This document shows positions 1-14,551 of a stretch of DNA of 64,000 nt, in pieces. The notes under the pieces are model-generated. The model saw only the letters and a list, made by a program, of their open reading frames with translations, was not told the origin of the DNA and did no database searches. Position 1 is the stretch's first letter; every line of letters starts with the position of its first letter. This stretch comes from Octopus vulgaris (lineage: Eukaryota), in the NCBI GenBank assembly GCA_951406725.2, contig OX597841.1, positions 248,001 to 312,000 of the forward strand. The letters are read 5' to 3'. Position numbers and translations under genes: made by a program.

Positions 1-82
1 ATATATATATATATATATATATATATATAACATATGTAAACATACAAAAGAAATATTTCATAACCACTGGGCCATTGTGCTT

Positions 83-121
<39 letters not shown>

Positions 122-1393
122 ATATATAGAGGGCATTATTATACATACATGCCACACGCTAAGAGGGACATTAGTCATTTCTACCAAAAATTTATTAAGA
201 GGTTATCCTTAATTGTTAGATAATTTTATATATATATATACATATATATTTTTTAATAATATATTAATAATATATTATTTCTCAAGGAGAGAAACAAGGA
301 GAGAGAAAAAAGGAGAGAAAAGGAGAAAATAAAAAGGAGAGAAAAAAATGCGTGTAGGAGCTAACGATCTTTCAAGGCGTCCAATATATTAATAATATAT
401 TATTATTACAAAGAGATAAGAGATAAAATTATATGTACTAGCAATATTTTTATATTAATTAGTGCTTGATATATCATTGTCTGCTAAACACAGCTTGTTG
501 AATTAATCAACTAAAATTTATTCCCACCCAAAATGTGTAGCCCGGAGAGAACACACTGAAACGCTGAATTTAGTAGTTAGACATACAGCGGAAAATCACC
601 CGACGACATGCCTTCTTAGTTCCATTAGAATTCTGTCTCTAAATTGGCAATAAGTTATAGTTTCCCCCAGGTATAACCGCCTGATACTTCTTCAGTTTCT
701 GTAGAAATTTTCCACGTTGATTTTGATCTGTCACGCTTGTCTCCCTTGGGATATTCATCGGACGGTTTACCTGGTGTTATCAGAAAGAGGTTTTCACGAG
801 ATGTGTTCTAGCTAATCTTATTTACTGCTCTTAATCTGGGTTCTGACAGTTTTCTGGCTTCGCTCTTCCTTCAAGGTTTGTTTGTAACTCAATCTTGCCA
901 TATCACAAAAAGAATGACAAAATAATTCGAGAGCCACCGAGGTCCACATGCATGAATAAGACTTTTACCAGTCATGAATCCTAAGGAGATTTCATCGATT
1001 TTGTCGTTTATTCACTCGTCATTCCCAATAAGGAAAGTCTTTTGTCTATGAAAAGGACGGGTAGCATAGCACCGTAGGCTGCAAACAGCAAGCTTGCTAC
1101 GCATGCAAGATTCTAGGAGCTCCAGCAAAACCTATTATAAAAAGAATTAATAACAATGGTTTCAAATCTTTTCCACAAGGGCAACAATTTGGGGCAGGCC
1201 ATGAATCTCACCGCGGTTTGCCGCAGATAAAATTCTTCACAACACTGCTTCGCCTTCCCAATAAATAATTTTTACAGGTCAAAAATGTGACACACATAAC
1301 TGAATTAATCTAAATATTTGTTTATCATTATTACTGTTATTATGGAAATAATAATATGCATTTGTGTGCGCGTGTATGTGTATGCATACGTAC

Positions 1394-1572
1394 CTCCTCA
1401 ATTGGAAGATAGTTCCAGAAATCAAGGATAGGATGCCGGAAGAAGTTGGGACAAAAGGCACCTCTGCATTCGTACACATTCCAGGTTGAAGGAAGTCCTA
1501 TATTCAGGAATGAATCATAGACTTTCGAACCAGCTCCCATTGATATGGCATATGTTTTAATCCATTGGCTAC
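1394..1572 (-). CDS. Gene A exon 2 (179 bp); exons 3-5 presumably lie left of the window
   Basis: Acceptor TTTCAG|GTAGCCAATGG and donor GAGGAG|GTACGT on the minus strand. Encodes SQWIKTYAISMGAGSKVYDSF...CPNFFRHPILDFWNYLPIEE. Same length and phase as exon 2 of genes B and C. Confidence 0.9.
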
Positions 1573-1602
1573 CTGAAATAATAATAATAATACCAACAAC
1601 AA

Positions 1603-1677
<75 letters not shown>

Positions 1678-2127
1678 TAGTAGTAGCAGTAGTAGTAGCA
1701 GTAGCAGCAGCAGCAGCAGAAGCAGCAGTAATAATCATGGCAATATTGGCTTCAAAACTCGATGCCAGTAACATAGTTTCGGCAAAGAACTTTCGCGCCA
1801 TTTCAGAGTTGGGTATGGCGTTGGCATCCTGAACTGAAGAGAGGAGGAGGTATAGGAGATGGACAGGAAAACGAGAAAGCTTCTAAAGATGCATGGAGCC
1901 CATCATCCACGTACAGACACTGTTTGTCTGTATGCGAGGAGAGCGAATTGAAACCTTGCTAGTGTCGGGAATGATGGAGTATTGAATGCAGAGGAAAAAA
2001 ATTAAGATAAAGGAACAAATACAAAATGGACATGATAAAGCATAATTTAACAAGGGACTACAAAATCATTTAGATGCAGCCAGAACAGAAGTTTTTGGAG
2101 AACATAGGTTAGCAATTTTGGGGAGGC

Positions 2128-2662
2128 CATGAATCGATTACATCGACCCCAGTGTTGAACTGGTACTTAATTTATCGACCCCGAGTGGATGAAAGGCAAA
2201 GTCGACTTGGACGGAATTTGAACTCAGAACGAGTCAACAGGCGAAATACCTATTTCTTTACTACCCATAAGGGGTTAAATACAGAGAGGACAAACAAGGA
2301 TAGACAAACGGATTAAGTCGATTACATCGACCCCAGTGTGTAAATGGTACTTATTTAATCGACCACAAAATGATGAAAGACAAATCGACCTAGGCGGAAT
2401 TTGAACTCAGAACGTAGCGGCAGACGAAATACCTATTTCTATACTACCCACATGGGGCTAAACACAGAGAGGACAAACAAGGACAGACAAACGGATTAAG
2501 TCGATTATATCGACCCCAGTGCGTAACTGGTACTTATTTAATCGACATCAAAATGATGAAAGGCAAAGGCGACCTCGGCGGAAATTGAACCCAGAACGTA
2601 GCGGCAGACGAAATACCGCTAAGAATTTCACCCGGCGTGCTAACGTTTCTGCCAGTTTGCTG
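2128..2662 (-). mobile_element. Cluster of three partial SINE copies
   Basis: Repeated ATCGACCCC...GATGAAAGGCAAAGTCGAC...GGAATTTGAACTCAGAAC (B-box-like GAGTTCAAATTCC on minus). Same family at 25966-26113, 47410-47565, 50380-50785, 51515-51670 and 63040-63380. Confidence 0.8.
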
Positions 2663-2989
2663 CTTTCCCCTCTGAAAATATTAACAACTTTAAAAGAATT
2701 TTTCACCGATCTAGTGAACCAAATCATTGCAGTAAACAGTAAGTGTGTATGTGTATAAGTAGGTATGTAAGTAACTAAGTAGGTTCGTATGTTTGTACCA
2801 ATATAGTAGGAAAGCGTCAGTTTTAACCATGAACCGTGAACTTTGGCTTTTTCTTACAAGTATACTAGAAGAAAAGAAAACGAGTAGTCCACTTGATAGA
2901 TGTCAAATAAATGAAGATGTTTACCTGCTATATAGAGTGATACAACGCACCACCTAACAGGTTCAAATCCAGCAAAATTACAACACTCG

Positions 2990-3460
2990 CCCCCTGCCTT
3001 AAAAACGTTTAGAAACAGTTAAAAATTTAAGAATGCCCATGACTGTTCTGGAGATATTCTTACATGGTGTGAACGCCGAAAAGATCCGAGTTATATTTAG
3101 TTTGCAGCATGCTTTGACAGATGACTTTAAATTAGCTGCAGCCATCGATATAGTACCATTATATGGAGAAGTAGGAAGCCGAAGAGATTTAACCACAGAT
3201 TTTGAAAGGAAGTTTTCCAATCTTCCAGTGTCCGAGAGAGTTTTCACGAAAATCCATTTATAGATATTTCTATCATCGACGCGTGCAACGCAGAGAGAAC
3301 AGAAGCAACCGTATCAGTTTGAATTGATGCAGTAACTGAATATTTAGACCTACATACTTTTGAAAAGTGATCAATCTTCTTCCATTTCCTACATTCAGTA
3401 TTTCGAGCTGGATATTTAAGACGCTCGTAACCTAATTTTCTCATTGAGAGCGTTGTTACG
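2990..3460 (-). mobile_element. Gypsy-like gag/protease remnant
   Basis: Degenerate zinc knuckle (ECRKWKKIDHFSKVCRSK) followed by a protease-like DTG..ENFLS motif. Confidence 0.6.
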
Positions 3461-3769
3461 TCTGTGGTCCAGTAGGCATGGGTGTTGATAAATAATAATA
3501 AAGCAGATAGGTGGTGGTCTCAAACCTCTTCCTGAGATTTAGTTTTACAATATTTAATTTCTTTCTCTTAAATGTGACACACGCGTCAGGTACGTACAAA
3601 TATATTATTACTATCAATGATAATTATAACAATAATAGCTCGTATTAATGAGGAAAAAGGAGAATTAACTTTATCAACACCTGTAACCGTAGACCACCTA
3701 TTTCTGGTGCTTTTCGTTTTCTGCGTGATACCTGAGGGTACTAACTAAAGGAAAACTCCCAAACAATTA

Positions 3770-4345
3770 GCCACCTTCTCTTCATGAATGATTAAAAAAT
3801 GGATAGCAAAGATGTTCCTTGGTGAACAAGGTCCCCTGTTTTAATACTGATATTAGAATGGAATTTGGACTTAAGAAATGAGGAATAATCTATTTAAAAA
3901 GAGACAAAAGGGGACACTCCCTAACAGGGATTAAAGTACCGAACAGAGACTTGATGAAGCAAATTGAAACGGAAGGATGCAAATACCTTGGTGCACTAGA
4001 GTTCAACGAGATAATGGCAAAAGCGATGAAAGACCAACAGAAGATGGAGAATTTCCGAAGACTGGGGTATGTGTTTCGCTCAAAATTGAATGAATGCAAT
4101 AAAATCCAAGCAGTTAATACGTGGCAATAGCATCACTTCGTTATGGATCGGTAATTATAAAACGGCAAAAGAGATAAATGAAGAAAATGAATAGCATGAC
4201 CAGAAAAATGTTGAGAGTACACGGAGCCTTTCACACGAAGAGTGATACCAATAGGCTGTACTCGTCCAGAAGAAAGGGTGGGACAAGTTTGATCTGTTGT
4301 CAGGACTGTTTCGAAGCAGAGGAAAATGGCATATAAAAAATGATC
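3770..4345 (+). mobile_element. R4/Dong-like non-LTR retrotransposon RT remnant
   Basis: Frame-broken KYLG.LE, SKLN..NKIQAVNTWA and GAFH..SDTNRLY..RKGG motifs. Confidence 0.65.
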
Positions 4346-4451
4346 TATATACACGCAGAAGAGAGTCGATTCATATGAAAAAGAAAGTTACCTCGGCGGA
4401 ATTAATCATGATGATAATGAAAAATAATAATAGTAATAATAATTCACTGAC

Positions 4452-4782
4452 TTCTGTAGAAGGACATCTCGTTGCTGTCATTCGTGCTGACAACTGTCAT
4501 GATATTTTTCGGTGAGTAATTCTTACAAACACGGCTGACATTGTTGTAAGTGAAGAATTCCGATTGGCTGCTTAGAGAAATTGCGACACATTTCAGTAGA
4601 CATCGAGTGGAGGAGAATTGTTCTGTCGGAGGTTCCTGAAGGTAACGGTAGGAATACCCAGGAGCCAAAGATTTGTAGCTGCCTGTATAAATTTCCCGAT
4701 TTGAGGCAACGGTCAGAATTGTAGTAAGAGTTAATAGCAGCACTGTGGTCACGGTTGGAATGGTAGAAGGAAACTGGAACAT
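4452..4782 (-). CDS. Gene A exon 1 (331 bp): signal peptide + atypical PAN/apple-like domain
   Basis: ATG at 4782, hydrophobic VLLLTLTTILTVAS, C..A...S..FTYN..S..CKNY motif, phase-1 donor AGAA|GTCAGT. 69/110 aa identical to gene B exon 1 (manual count). Confidence 0.88.
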
Positions 4783-5980
4783 CTTGGCTCTAGAATCAGA
4801 AGAGGACTATACATGTAAATATTTGTGTACGCATGTGTATGTGTGCGTGCGTGTGTGTGTGTGTGTGTGTGTTTGTGTGTGTATGTGGGGGGTGTTAGAA
4901 GATGAGGGAGAAAATTTAGAGAGAGATGAGAGGAAGACAGAATTCAAAAGTGGGAGAGGTAAAGAGAAAGAGACTGTAGAGTAATTGATAGAGAGATAGA
5001 AATAGGGAGAAATAGATCCTGGTATAAGGGGACAGAGAAAGGGATAAGGGGACAGATGTAAAAAGAAAGATTAACAGATAAAAGAGAGTGAGAGTCATCG
5101 GAGAGAGAGTGAGAAACATAGAAAGCAGTAGGGGAGAGGAGAGCATAGAGAGGGGAAGAAAATAGGCTCTCTCTCTCTCTCACACACACACTCACACAAC
5201 CAAATGTAATCTTACCTTTGTTGTGGGTAGACGCAGTGATTTTGCTATTCCTGGGCAACGAGAAACGTCAGGTCTGTCCACTATGACCGTCCAGTAATGT
5301 CCTCTCCTCGGATGACCGTCCACTTATGAATATAATGCCACAAAATATGAAGGATGTCCACAAATTCCGCTTTCAGAATTACCACAGACGTCACCACTGT
5401 TTCTAGATGTCAAGTCAGGACCCCAACGAATGCCAATATTGTTCACTGCATTCAAATGTTACAGAGGCCGACTTATCCTTTTTTCCTTTCAGGCTCAATA
5501 AAACAAGTAGTAGCTGAGCAGTGGGGTTCATATGATCAACTAGCCCTTTCCTACAAAATTTCAGACCTTGTGTTTATAGTAGAAGGAATATTATCTTCTG
5601 CTTCCAGAATTACCACAGATGTCGGCACTGTCTCCAGATATCAATCCAGAGTTCCTACAGATGACAATATTACCACTGTCTCTACAAGTGAAACCGGAGC
5701 GCAGGTTTTCGAACTGTTCACTGATAGCAGCACTGCTCGCTTCTGTCACCAGTATCAGCAGATACGACAACTCTATATAATGGTCAATAACATACACAGT
5801 GAGAGCAACACTTGTCATTAATAATATTATGACTTCACCTGCACGGAACTAAACTAGTGTCTCACATGAATACGAACAGTCACACTTCACTGAGCCCATT
5901 AGATACCTAAATGCACATTCGATGGGATGTGTTCGATATTCTTGTTGGTTGTGTCAGTGGTGTTGGTGCGTTTGATGTGA

Positions 5981-6053
<73 letters not shown>

Positions 6054-6080
6054 GTATATGTATATATAAATATATATATT

Positions 6081-6535
6081 AAATTAGAGATAAAACCACT
6101 ATTAAGCAAATCAATCAGTGAAAAACATAAACCAAAACATAGAAATAAAATTAATTAATATAAAATATATAAAATATAAAATTCAAAATTAAATTATTTA
6201 AATTTAAAATTAAAAATTTTTAAAAAATTAATTATTAATTTATACTTATAAATTTATAAATTTATATATATATATTTATAAGTACAAATCAATAATAAAA
6301 AAAAATTTTTTAATTTTCAATTTTAAATTTAAATAATTTAATTTTGAATTTTATATTTTATGTATTTTATATTAATTAATTTTATTTCTCTGTTTTGGTT
6401 TATGTTTTTCACTGATTGATTTGCCTAATAGTGGTTTTATCTCTAATTTAATATATATATTTTTACTGCGAAATTAGAATTTAATCCTAAATCTAATTTT
6501 TTTTCCTGTAAATTTGGATTTGCTCCCTAATATTA
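6081..6535. repeat. AT-rich fold-back element at (TA)n; same family at 19785-20065, 20120-20420 and 60640-61525
   Basis: AATTAGAGATAAAACCACTATT... faces its reverse complement ...AATAGTGGTTTTATCTCTAATT in each copy. Confidence 0.8.
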
Positions 6536-6569
6536 TTATTATTATAAATATATATATGTATATATATAG

Positions 6570-6772
6570 TTAATCCAAACAAGAAAAAAAAAAAAAACAC
6601 AACAACGCGAGGACGTGGAACAAATATAGTATTATTGGACGCTCAGGAAAGAAGGGAAGAAGGAGGGTTTAATGTTTCGCGCGGAGCTCTTCGTCGGAAA
6701 CATAGGAGAAGGAAAGATCCAGAGAAAGGAAGACAGAGGAAAAAAATCGCCAATGGTACACACGAGGTCACA
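6570..6772 (-). mobile_element. Diverged Penelope pseudo-LTR-like copy
   Basis: Minus strand reads GTTTCCGACGAAGAGCTCCGCGCGAAACATTAAAC (degenerate hammerhead-like core); 3' end at (TA)n. Confidence 0.5.
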
Positions 6773-7992
6773 TATGTATCTCTTATTATAAAAGGCAGAT
6801 TTTATCTGCCTCCCTTTGGGAGTTATAGAAATCTACAATATAGGATTTCTTCAATTACAATTTACCTAGCATTTTTAAGAGTAGAATGCATCGGGTCATG
6901 CCAGGTCCAGTTTTTAAAATTTAAACTCCAATTAAGCAAAATTTACAGAAAACTCACATTCTGGTGTGTATGTCAATTGCTTTTCTTAGTCTGGTTTACA
7001 GCACACGCAAACGCACACACACAGTGTGCAGCGAATAAAATGAAAGTAAATAGCGACAGAGTGATTTGAGGAAGACTAAACTGAAAGTATTTAAACCACT
7101 ACTCAAAAAATAATAAAACACAGCAAACAGAAACAAATAAATACATAACGATTTACTCCTCACACAATTTCTTCAATTAGAGTGTACCCATGATTTTTCA
7201 GAGTACTTCAGTGGGTGATGCCATAAAAAATTTCTTTCAATTTTACCACCAATTAAGACAAAATTCGAGAAAACTCAATATTTTAACACTCCGAAAGCAT
7301 TGATGTACATGTGTGCGTGCGTGAGTGTGTGTGTGTCATTCCTCACACACACGCATACACATACATATACAACTACATACAACTACATACACATACAACT
7401 ACATACAAACACGTGTGTGTTTGTTATTAGTAAAAAAGGCGCCAAAACACAACTCACTTATCATTCCAACACATTTGCAAAGACACACGGACGGACAGAA
7501 AAGGTAAATTGGTTTTTATTTTACTCTGTATATATTTTATTATATAATATTATATATAGATATATGTATATATAATTGCAGTATGAAACAGTGTTTATGT
7601 ATAAACAGACGACACTTATATATAGTTATTATAATAAGAGATTAATAAATGTATGCATCCGTTTAACCCTTTCGTTACCAAGCCGCCCGAATTTACCTAT
7701 TCATATTTAAATGAGAATATCAGAGCAAATCTCTTTAGTACATTCGTGAAAACACGTATTATACTTCGTAAACACTTCAACTACAGTTTTGTACAAAAAT
7801 CGAAGTGTAATTTTAATTCCGTGAATTACGGGAGATTTTTTTCCGAAATTTGTTCCTATTGTGTTTTCAAAATTTGTAATTCTGACAAAAAATGGATACG
7901 AATTTCATTATATCAAGCAGCGAGTCAGAATTCGAAGGATTTTCTACTGAAGACCTTCATAAATCTAACTCTATGACTGAAAAAAAAAAGCA

Positions 7993-8385
7993 TCTTTATA
8001 TAAGAGTGAAGTTGTGTGTCTGTCTCCTACGATTTAGATTCCTAACTACTCCCACATTTTGCGGTGCAGTTTAACCAAAAGCGGGTATCTTATAGTCGTG
8101 ATTGATATCGAGCCCTTCTGTGTATTAACGTGCGTCTACGATGAGTCTACGATTTAAAAAAAATTTACCATCATATTTTTCCATTTTAATGCATTTTTTC
8201 GCTTTTATATAAGGGAAGTAACTCTCTAAAAATATCTACGATGTGTCAACGATTTAAAAAAAATTTACCTTAATTTTTTTCCATTTTTAATGCATTTTTT
8301 TGCTATTTTTTGGCTATAACTCTCTAAAAATGCTTATATAGTTATTTCCCTTACAAACCCGAGCAACGCCGGGCGATACTGCTAG
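7993..8385 (+). mobile_element. Non-autonomous Helitron-like element
   Basis: A|TC 5' end, subterminal hairpin CCCGAGCAACGCCGGG, CTAG|T 3' end. Confidence 0.7.
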
Positions 8386-9119
8386 TGTGTATAGAAGTAC
8401 GAATGTATGTATATATGTATTTGTTGTAATATAGAATATTTTCTATACTGAAGTCTGTTGTCTTTTCGTTGCCCTAGGAAACACAACTCTTGTCAGTAAT
8501 GGAAAACATTAAATATTACCAGAAAATCATTTGGAAAATGACAAGATTAAAATGAAGCCACGAGTATGGATTTTGTAGACATGTTGCTCAGTTTTAAGCC
8601 ACATTCAACACATCGCTTAAAAGCTAATAACTATGTTGTACGATTTGTAATGGTGTACAATATCTAATGGTGTGTCGGCACATGAAACAATATTGATAAA
8701 TGAAAATGTTAGAGCAAAAAATCAGTTCAGTAAATTAATTTACTTCAAGCTGACAGTATTACGTCTAAGACGTTCGTGCTTATATATCGACTGACAGTGA
8801 CCAGATGAGGTTAGTTGGTTGAATTAATTATGTTGTTTACTGTTAATACGATTCGCACTCAGTTACAGAGATTCATGTTTGGGCAGCAAAAAAGATTTCA
8901 ATGCTTAAATCGATAAGTTCGATTAAACTCAGCAGTCAGGAGAATCATTGATGTCATAGGTTCAATACATGGTTGTATTTATTGAAGCTTAAATAGATTG
9001 AAAAACAACATAGAAATGTAGCATTAATTATATATATATATATATATGCCAGCAAAAGTTTCAAGATCGATCGAATCCAGCTCGTTCCTGTATCTTACAT
9101 AGACCACATGATGTATTTT

Positions 9120-9480
9120 TATACGATTTTGTCCCAAACAAGGTTTGAGACCAGCGTAGTACAAGGGACTACGAAGGAGGAAAGGAAAGGAGCCCACATA
9201 TTCAAAACTGGTTGATTGACAAAGCTTAATGGACCGAATATCACAGAGCAAAGGAAACGAAGACGATTTTAGTGAGTTCGAGAGAGCAGTAGTTCGAGGA
9301 AAGAAACTGTGGGAATAAAAGCACTTAAGACTGACAGGAAGCTCAACAGGGAAACGATGCGTATTTAAAAGAGAAATGGGGGACACGTTTGAAGGTTTTG
9401 AGAGGAGTTACTAGACAAGAAATTTCATCAGAGCAAAGTCTGTGGAAATACTGGAGGTAAAAAAGTGTTAGAATACGTTG
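9120..9480 (-). mobile_element. CR1/Jockey-type LINE 3' remnant
   Basis: FYSHSFFPRTTALSNSL resembles the ORF2 C-terminal SFFPRT...WNSL motif. Confidence 0.5.
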
Positions 9481-9744
9481 CGATTTGTAAACATTTAGTT
9501 AGACAGGTGTACAGAATTATGAGGCGGAAATGTTTTTTCTTTAATAAAAAAATTTTTTCTGGGGCACTTTTTCCAACAGAACCCAGACATGCGATTGGTT
9601 TTCATCCTTGGTATACAATCTAACTTGATTTTTCAGTAAGAATATATGCTGTTTCGCTTGTTTTTATGTCCTGGTCTTTGGAGTAGAAGGCAAAAGCGTG
9701 AAGAATAGATCATTGAGGAAATACAAGATGATGTATAGTAGACA

Positions 9745-9872
9745 TATGTATGTATGTATGTATGAATGTATGTATGTATGTATGTATGTATGTATGTATG
9801 TATGTATGTATGTATGTATGTATGTATGTATGTATATAAGTATGTATGTATGTATGTATGTATGTATGTATG

Positions 9873-9906
<34 letters not shown>

Positions 9907-9976
9907 TGTATGTATGTATGTATGTATGTATGTATATAAGTATGAATGTATGTATGTATGTATGTATGTATGTATG

Positions 9977-10007
<31 letters not shown>

Positions 10008-10012
10008 GTATG

Positions 10013-10057
<45 letters not shown>

Positions 10058-11148
10058 AGCTATATGATAATGGAGAGAGCTGCTTAGTAATTAGATATGT
10101 AACAGTTAATAAAGAATTTAATTATTAAAGCTTGAACGTCTGGAATATTTTTTTAATAAATTTATGAACCGACGCAAAAGAATTCGAGACAGGAGAGAAA
10201 TCATCTCATCCTGCGTCAGATTGCTGAAGGCACGCGTGCAGATGAAAAGGGATTTGGCGTCGAACAGACAGTAAACAACCAGAATGACCGACCTTAGAGT
10301 GTATCTGTCTCTATCGATATTAGACCCGCAAATCGACGTCCAAATCCACTGTCACTTAGGATTTGGACTGTTGTGACAGCTACTGGAAGGTCTCCTCTCG
10401 TTTTTGTGATCTCGGATGTTGAAACGAATTCCCAGCAATACATTAGCGACATTCAGGTAGCTGAACCGTTTCTATGGGCTGATGAGCACTTTCAAGGGGC
10501 ACATTCGAGACTCCAGCAGGAATCTGCACATTCCCACAGCTCCAAGCAGACACAACACTCGATACAGCTATGTATGTATGTATGTATGTATGTATGCATG
10601 TATGTACGTACGTATGTATGTATGTATGTATGTATGTATGTATGTATGTATGTATGTATGTATGTATGTATGTATGTATGTATGTATGTATGTATGTATG
10701 TATGTATGTATGTATGTACGTATGTATATATATATAAGTATGTTTGTATGTATGTATGTAAGTATGTATATATGTAAGTATGTATGTATGTATGTATGTA
10801 AGTATGTATGTATCTAAGTATGTATGTATGTATGAATGTATATATGTAAGTATGTATGTATGTAAGTATGTATATACGTAAGTATATATGTATGTATGTA
10901 TGTACGTATGTACATATATAAGTATGTATGTAAGTATGTATGTATGTATGTACGTATGTAAATATGTATATATGTAAATATGTATGTATGTATATATGTA
11001 TGTATGTAAGTATGTATGTATGTATGCATGTATGTATGTATATAAGTATGTATATACGTAAGTATGTATGTATGTATGTATGTAAGTATGTATATATGTA
11101 TGTATGTATGTATATATGTATGTATGTATGTATGTATGTAAGTAAGTA

Positions 11149-11184
<36 letters not shown>

Positions 11185-11290
11185 TATATGTAAATATGTA
11201 TGTATATATGAATGTATGTAAGTATGTATGTATGTATGTATGTATGTATGTATATACGTAAGTATGTATGTATGTATGTATGTATGTATG
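9745..11290. repeat. (TATG)n tetranucleotide tracts separating a ~500-bp tandem duplication
   Basis: (TATG)n at 9745-10020 and 10569-11290; 10060-10563 is repeated at 11323-11826. Confidence 0.9.
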
Positions 11291-11449
11291 TGTGTGTGTG
11301 CGTTTGTGTGCGCGTGCGTACCTATATGATAATGGAGAAAGCTGCTTAGTAGTTAGATATGTAAAGGTTAATAAAGAATTCAATTATTAAAAGCTTGAAC
11401 GTCTGGAATGTTTTTTTAATAAATTTATGAACCGACGCAAGAGAATTCG

Positions 11450-12193
11450 AGACAGGAGATAAATCATCTCATCCTGCGTCAGATTGCTGAAGGCACGTGT
11501 GCAGATGAAAAGGGATTTGGCGTCGAACAGACAGTAAACAACCAGAATGACCGACCTTAGAGTGTATCTGTCTCTATCGATATTAGATCCGCAAATCGAC
11601 GTCCAAATCCACTGTCACTTGAGGTTTGGACTGTTGTGACAGCTACTGGAAGGTCACCTCTCGTTTTTGTGACCTCGGATGTTGAAACGAATTCCCAGCA
11701 ATACATTAGCGACATTCAGGTAGCTGAACCGTTTCTATGGGCTGATGAGCACTTTCAAGGGGCACATTCGAAACTCCAGCAGGAATCTGCACATTCCCAC
11801 AGCTCCAAGCAGACACAACACTCGATTCAGAAAGCATTCAGTCTTTCATAAGTAAGGATGTATGGACCTCAAGAATCTACGATGTCAACTCGTTGGAGTT
11901 TTTCTGTTTGGTCCAATTTGGGTCCGAGGCTCGCGAGCAGTTCTGATGCTTCTCTCGGCATCTGCGCCAGGAATGGGCTCGATTCCACAAAAACTGCTGC
12001 GTGCTGCGTGTGAAGCATTCACACGTAGATTTAAGGTTGTGATTCGAAACAAAGGTGGTTTTATCGAATAAATGTTGTCATATCGTAAATGTGTTTCATT
12101 TTCCATTGCATTGCAACGCTCACTCCCGAAATATATAAATATCTTGCTATGGAAATAGTGAAAAATTTGTTTGCCCTGTTTTGGGGATACCCT

Positions 12194-12197
<4 letters not shown>
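11450..12197 (+). mobile_element. Tc1/mariner-superfamily transposase 3' remnant with right TIR; partial duplicate at ~10190-10565
   Basis: [55 protein letters not shown], ending ...GGGGATACCCTG|TA. Confidence 0.7.
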
Positions 12198-12281
<84 letters not shown>

Positions 12282-12534
12282 ATATGCGTGCACACACACT
12301 ATCACACATACGCACGCACACACAAATACACACACACATAGTTTTTAATTAGGAAGCACCGCTAATTGCCATGATACATGTAAAGACATATATTGTGAAA
12401 CTTATTAAAGCAGTTTGTGTTACGGTTGAAATAGAGAGTGTATCGATCCAGAAATATGTTTACTTTTCATCATCCATGGTGATTGATTTCAATGATTTGA
12501 ATGATTTCCTTAAATGGAAGACTTCGCTCCAGCG

Positions 12535-12588
<54 letters not shown>

Positions 12589-12596
12589 GGTATATG

Positions 12597-12644
<48 letters not shown>

Positions 12645-14551
12645 TGAATGAATTATCCAAGTACGGATAATTCGGTTAACCGATAACCGGGTAGCAAATT
12701 CAAGTCAGAAAAACACGGTTGAAGCTACATGCCAAGGGCAGCGATCACGTGCTTTCGTGTGGAAATTTGTGTGTTTTTTTAATACAAATAAATGAAAGAA
12801 TGGAGTTGAACGACGATTTAACAAAATTCCTTTATTCTCGACATATGTTTCGAAGACTGCATATTCCTATAGACTTTCAAGGGGCACCTTCGAGACTCCA
12901 GCAGGAATCACCACATTCCCACAGCTCCCAGCTGACATCTCTCGATTCAGAAAGCATTCAGTCTTTCATAAGCAAGGATGTATGGACCTCAAGAAGCTAC
13001 GAAATTAGGAATATGCAGTCTTCGAAACATATGTCGGGAATAAAGGAATTTTGTTAAATCGTCGTTCAACTCCATTTTCTCATTTCTTTATATATATATA
13101 TATATACAGACACACATAAGTGATGGCAGTGACTCAGAAATATGTTTACGTTGTATCATCTATGGTGATTGATTTGAATGATTTTCTTTAATGGTAGATT
13201 CGGTCATGCGAACTTCAACGTTCAGCTTTTATATCTCCACCTACAGAAACACCAACATCACATCACGCAATCACCAGGTATTAACACTGCAACGTCAGTA
13301 TCAAAAACACCAGAGCTGCATTACTGCTAACATCGGAACGACTTCAACAACTACACAGGCGTATCTTCTGTATGTTTCGTGAAGCGCATTTCTCCGCTCA
13401 AGAACTTCTTTTATTCGTTGTAACAAAGAAGACGTATTGAAAAGTTTGGTGTATTTTCACTCTTCTCGAGAAATACAGGCATATTAGTAAACAATATATA
13501 TCTGAGTGGTTGGTACTGTGTTTTTTGGGAAGTCTGCGAGTTTTGGTAATTTGTAGACAAGCCTAAGTCTGAAGGTGAAATAGATAAGAGAACAAAGGAC
13601 AGACAGCAGTGGTCAGTTCTGGCATTTATGAAAAGTCCTGATATCTGTAGACTCTACTGTGGTTAATAGAAGAAAGTATTTACAATAGAAGACAGGAAGG
13701 AGAGCAGAAAGAAGCCGTGCCCTTAATGAACAGTCCTGACTAGAAGTCCTCACATAACCACCTAAAGTGTAGGGGCGGCCCTGCACCTCAGTGAAAGTAA
13801 GTGTTTTTTCTTATCGGATTCTGCTTTATTTGCGCGCGTATGTATTATGATTGGGAGGTGAGTGTGTCTGTAAGCGCGCATTGTGAAGTGAGCAAGAGTT
13901 TGTGACCGTGTTTAATCACCAGATCAACTCTGATCCAACAGAGCTATGATCTAAAGTATTCCAAATGTGACCATCTCATCATTTGTTAAGTCATAATGTA
14001 GTTATGGCTACAACATCCAGTTTGTTTCTGTTGCATTTGTTTAGTAACAGGTCATCCCCAATCGAGGTAACACATTCACAGATACAATAATACGTGCATA
14101 CTAGCTGGGGCCTTGACGAGTACTTCTGCTGCGTGTCAGATAAGACCCTCGAACAACACTGGTTAAGAGACGATTCTAAACTCTTTGAAACCCTGGAAAT
14201 TTCCAATTAGAGGCCCCGTACTGAATGCAATTTAAAGGACTTCCCAAGACCCATGTTTCTAAATTTTAATTTCTTCTTTTTTCGTTTTCTCTTCCAAACA
14301 TTCTTCCACTCACGCACAAACACTCTCCATTTTCTCATTGTATCTCTCTCTTCTTTTTCAGGATATTTTTCTGCTACTCTTTCACGCTTTGCGACCCTTT
14401 CTATCTTTCTCTTCCCCGTTCCATCTTTATTTATTAAAATTCATCTTGTCTCCTTGCTGAATCTCCTCATAGCTCTCCCCATCCCATTCGTTCTTTCTTT
14501 CACGCCATTTGTTTCCCTTTCTGTCTCCCTCTAATAATCTCAAAACCAAGA

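Larger units (their letters stand above)
1100..2985. repeat. Direct segmental duplication, copy 1 (gene A exon 2 region)
   Basis: Colinear with ~62082-63685 (offset ~61 kb), including introns and the SINE cluster. Confidence 0.92.

Noticed and set aside
1573-1801. Poly-Thr/poly-Val extension of ORF 1340..1801, mucin-like
   Set aside because: It is (CTA)n intron sequence upstream of a good acceptor; the paralogous frame in gene C is not continuous with exon 2.
5354-5821. 155-aa ORF upstream of gene A
   Set aside because: Built from a degenerate ~230-bp internal duplication with no recognisable domain; coding status unsupported.
9698-11383. Long MYVC/TYIH ORFs
   Set aside because: Translations of (TATG)n microsatellite.
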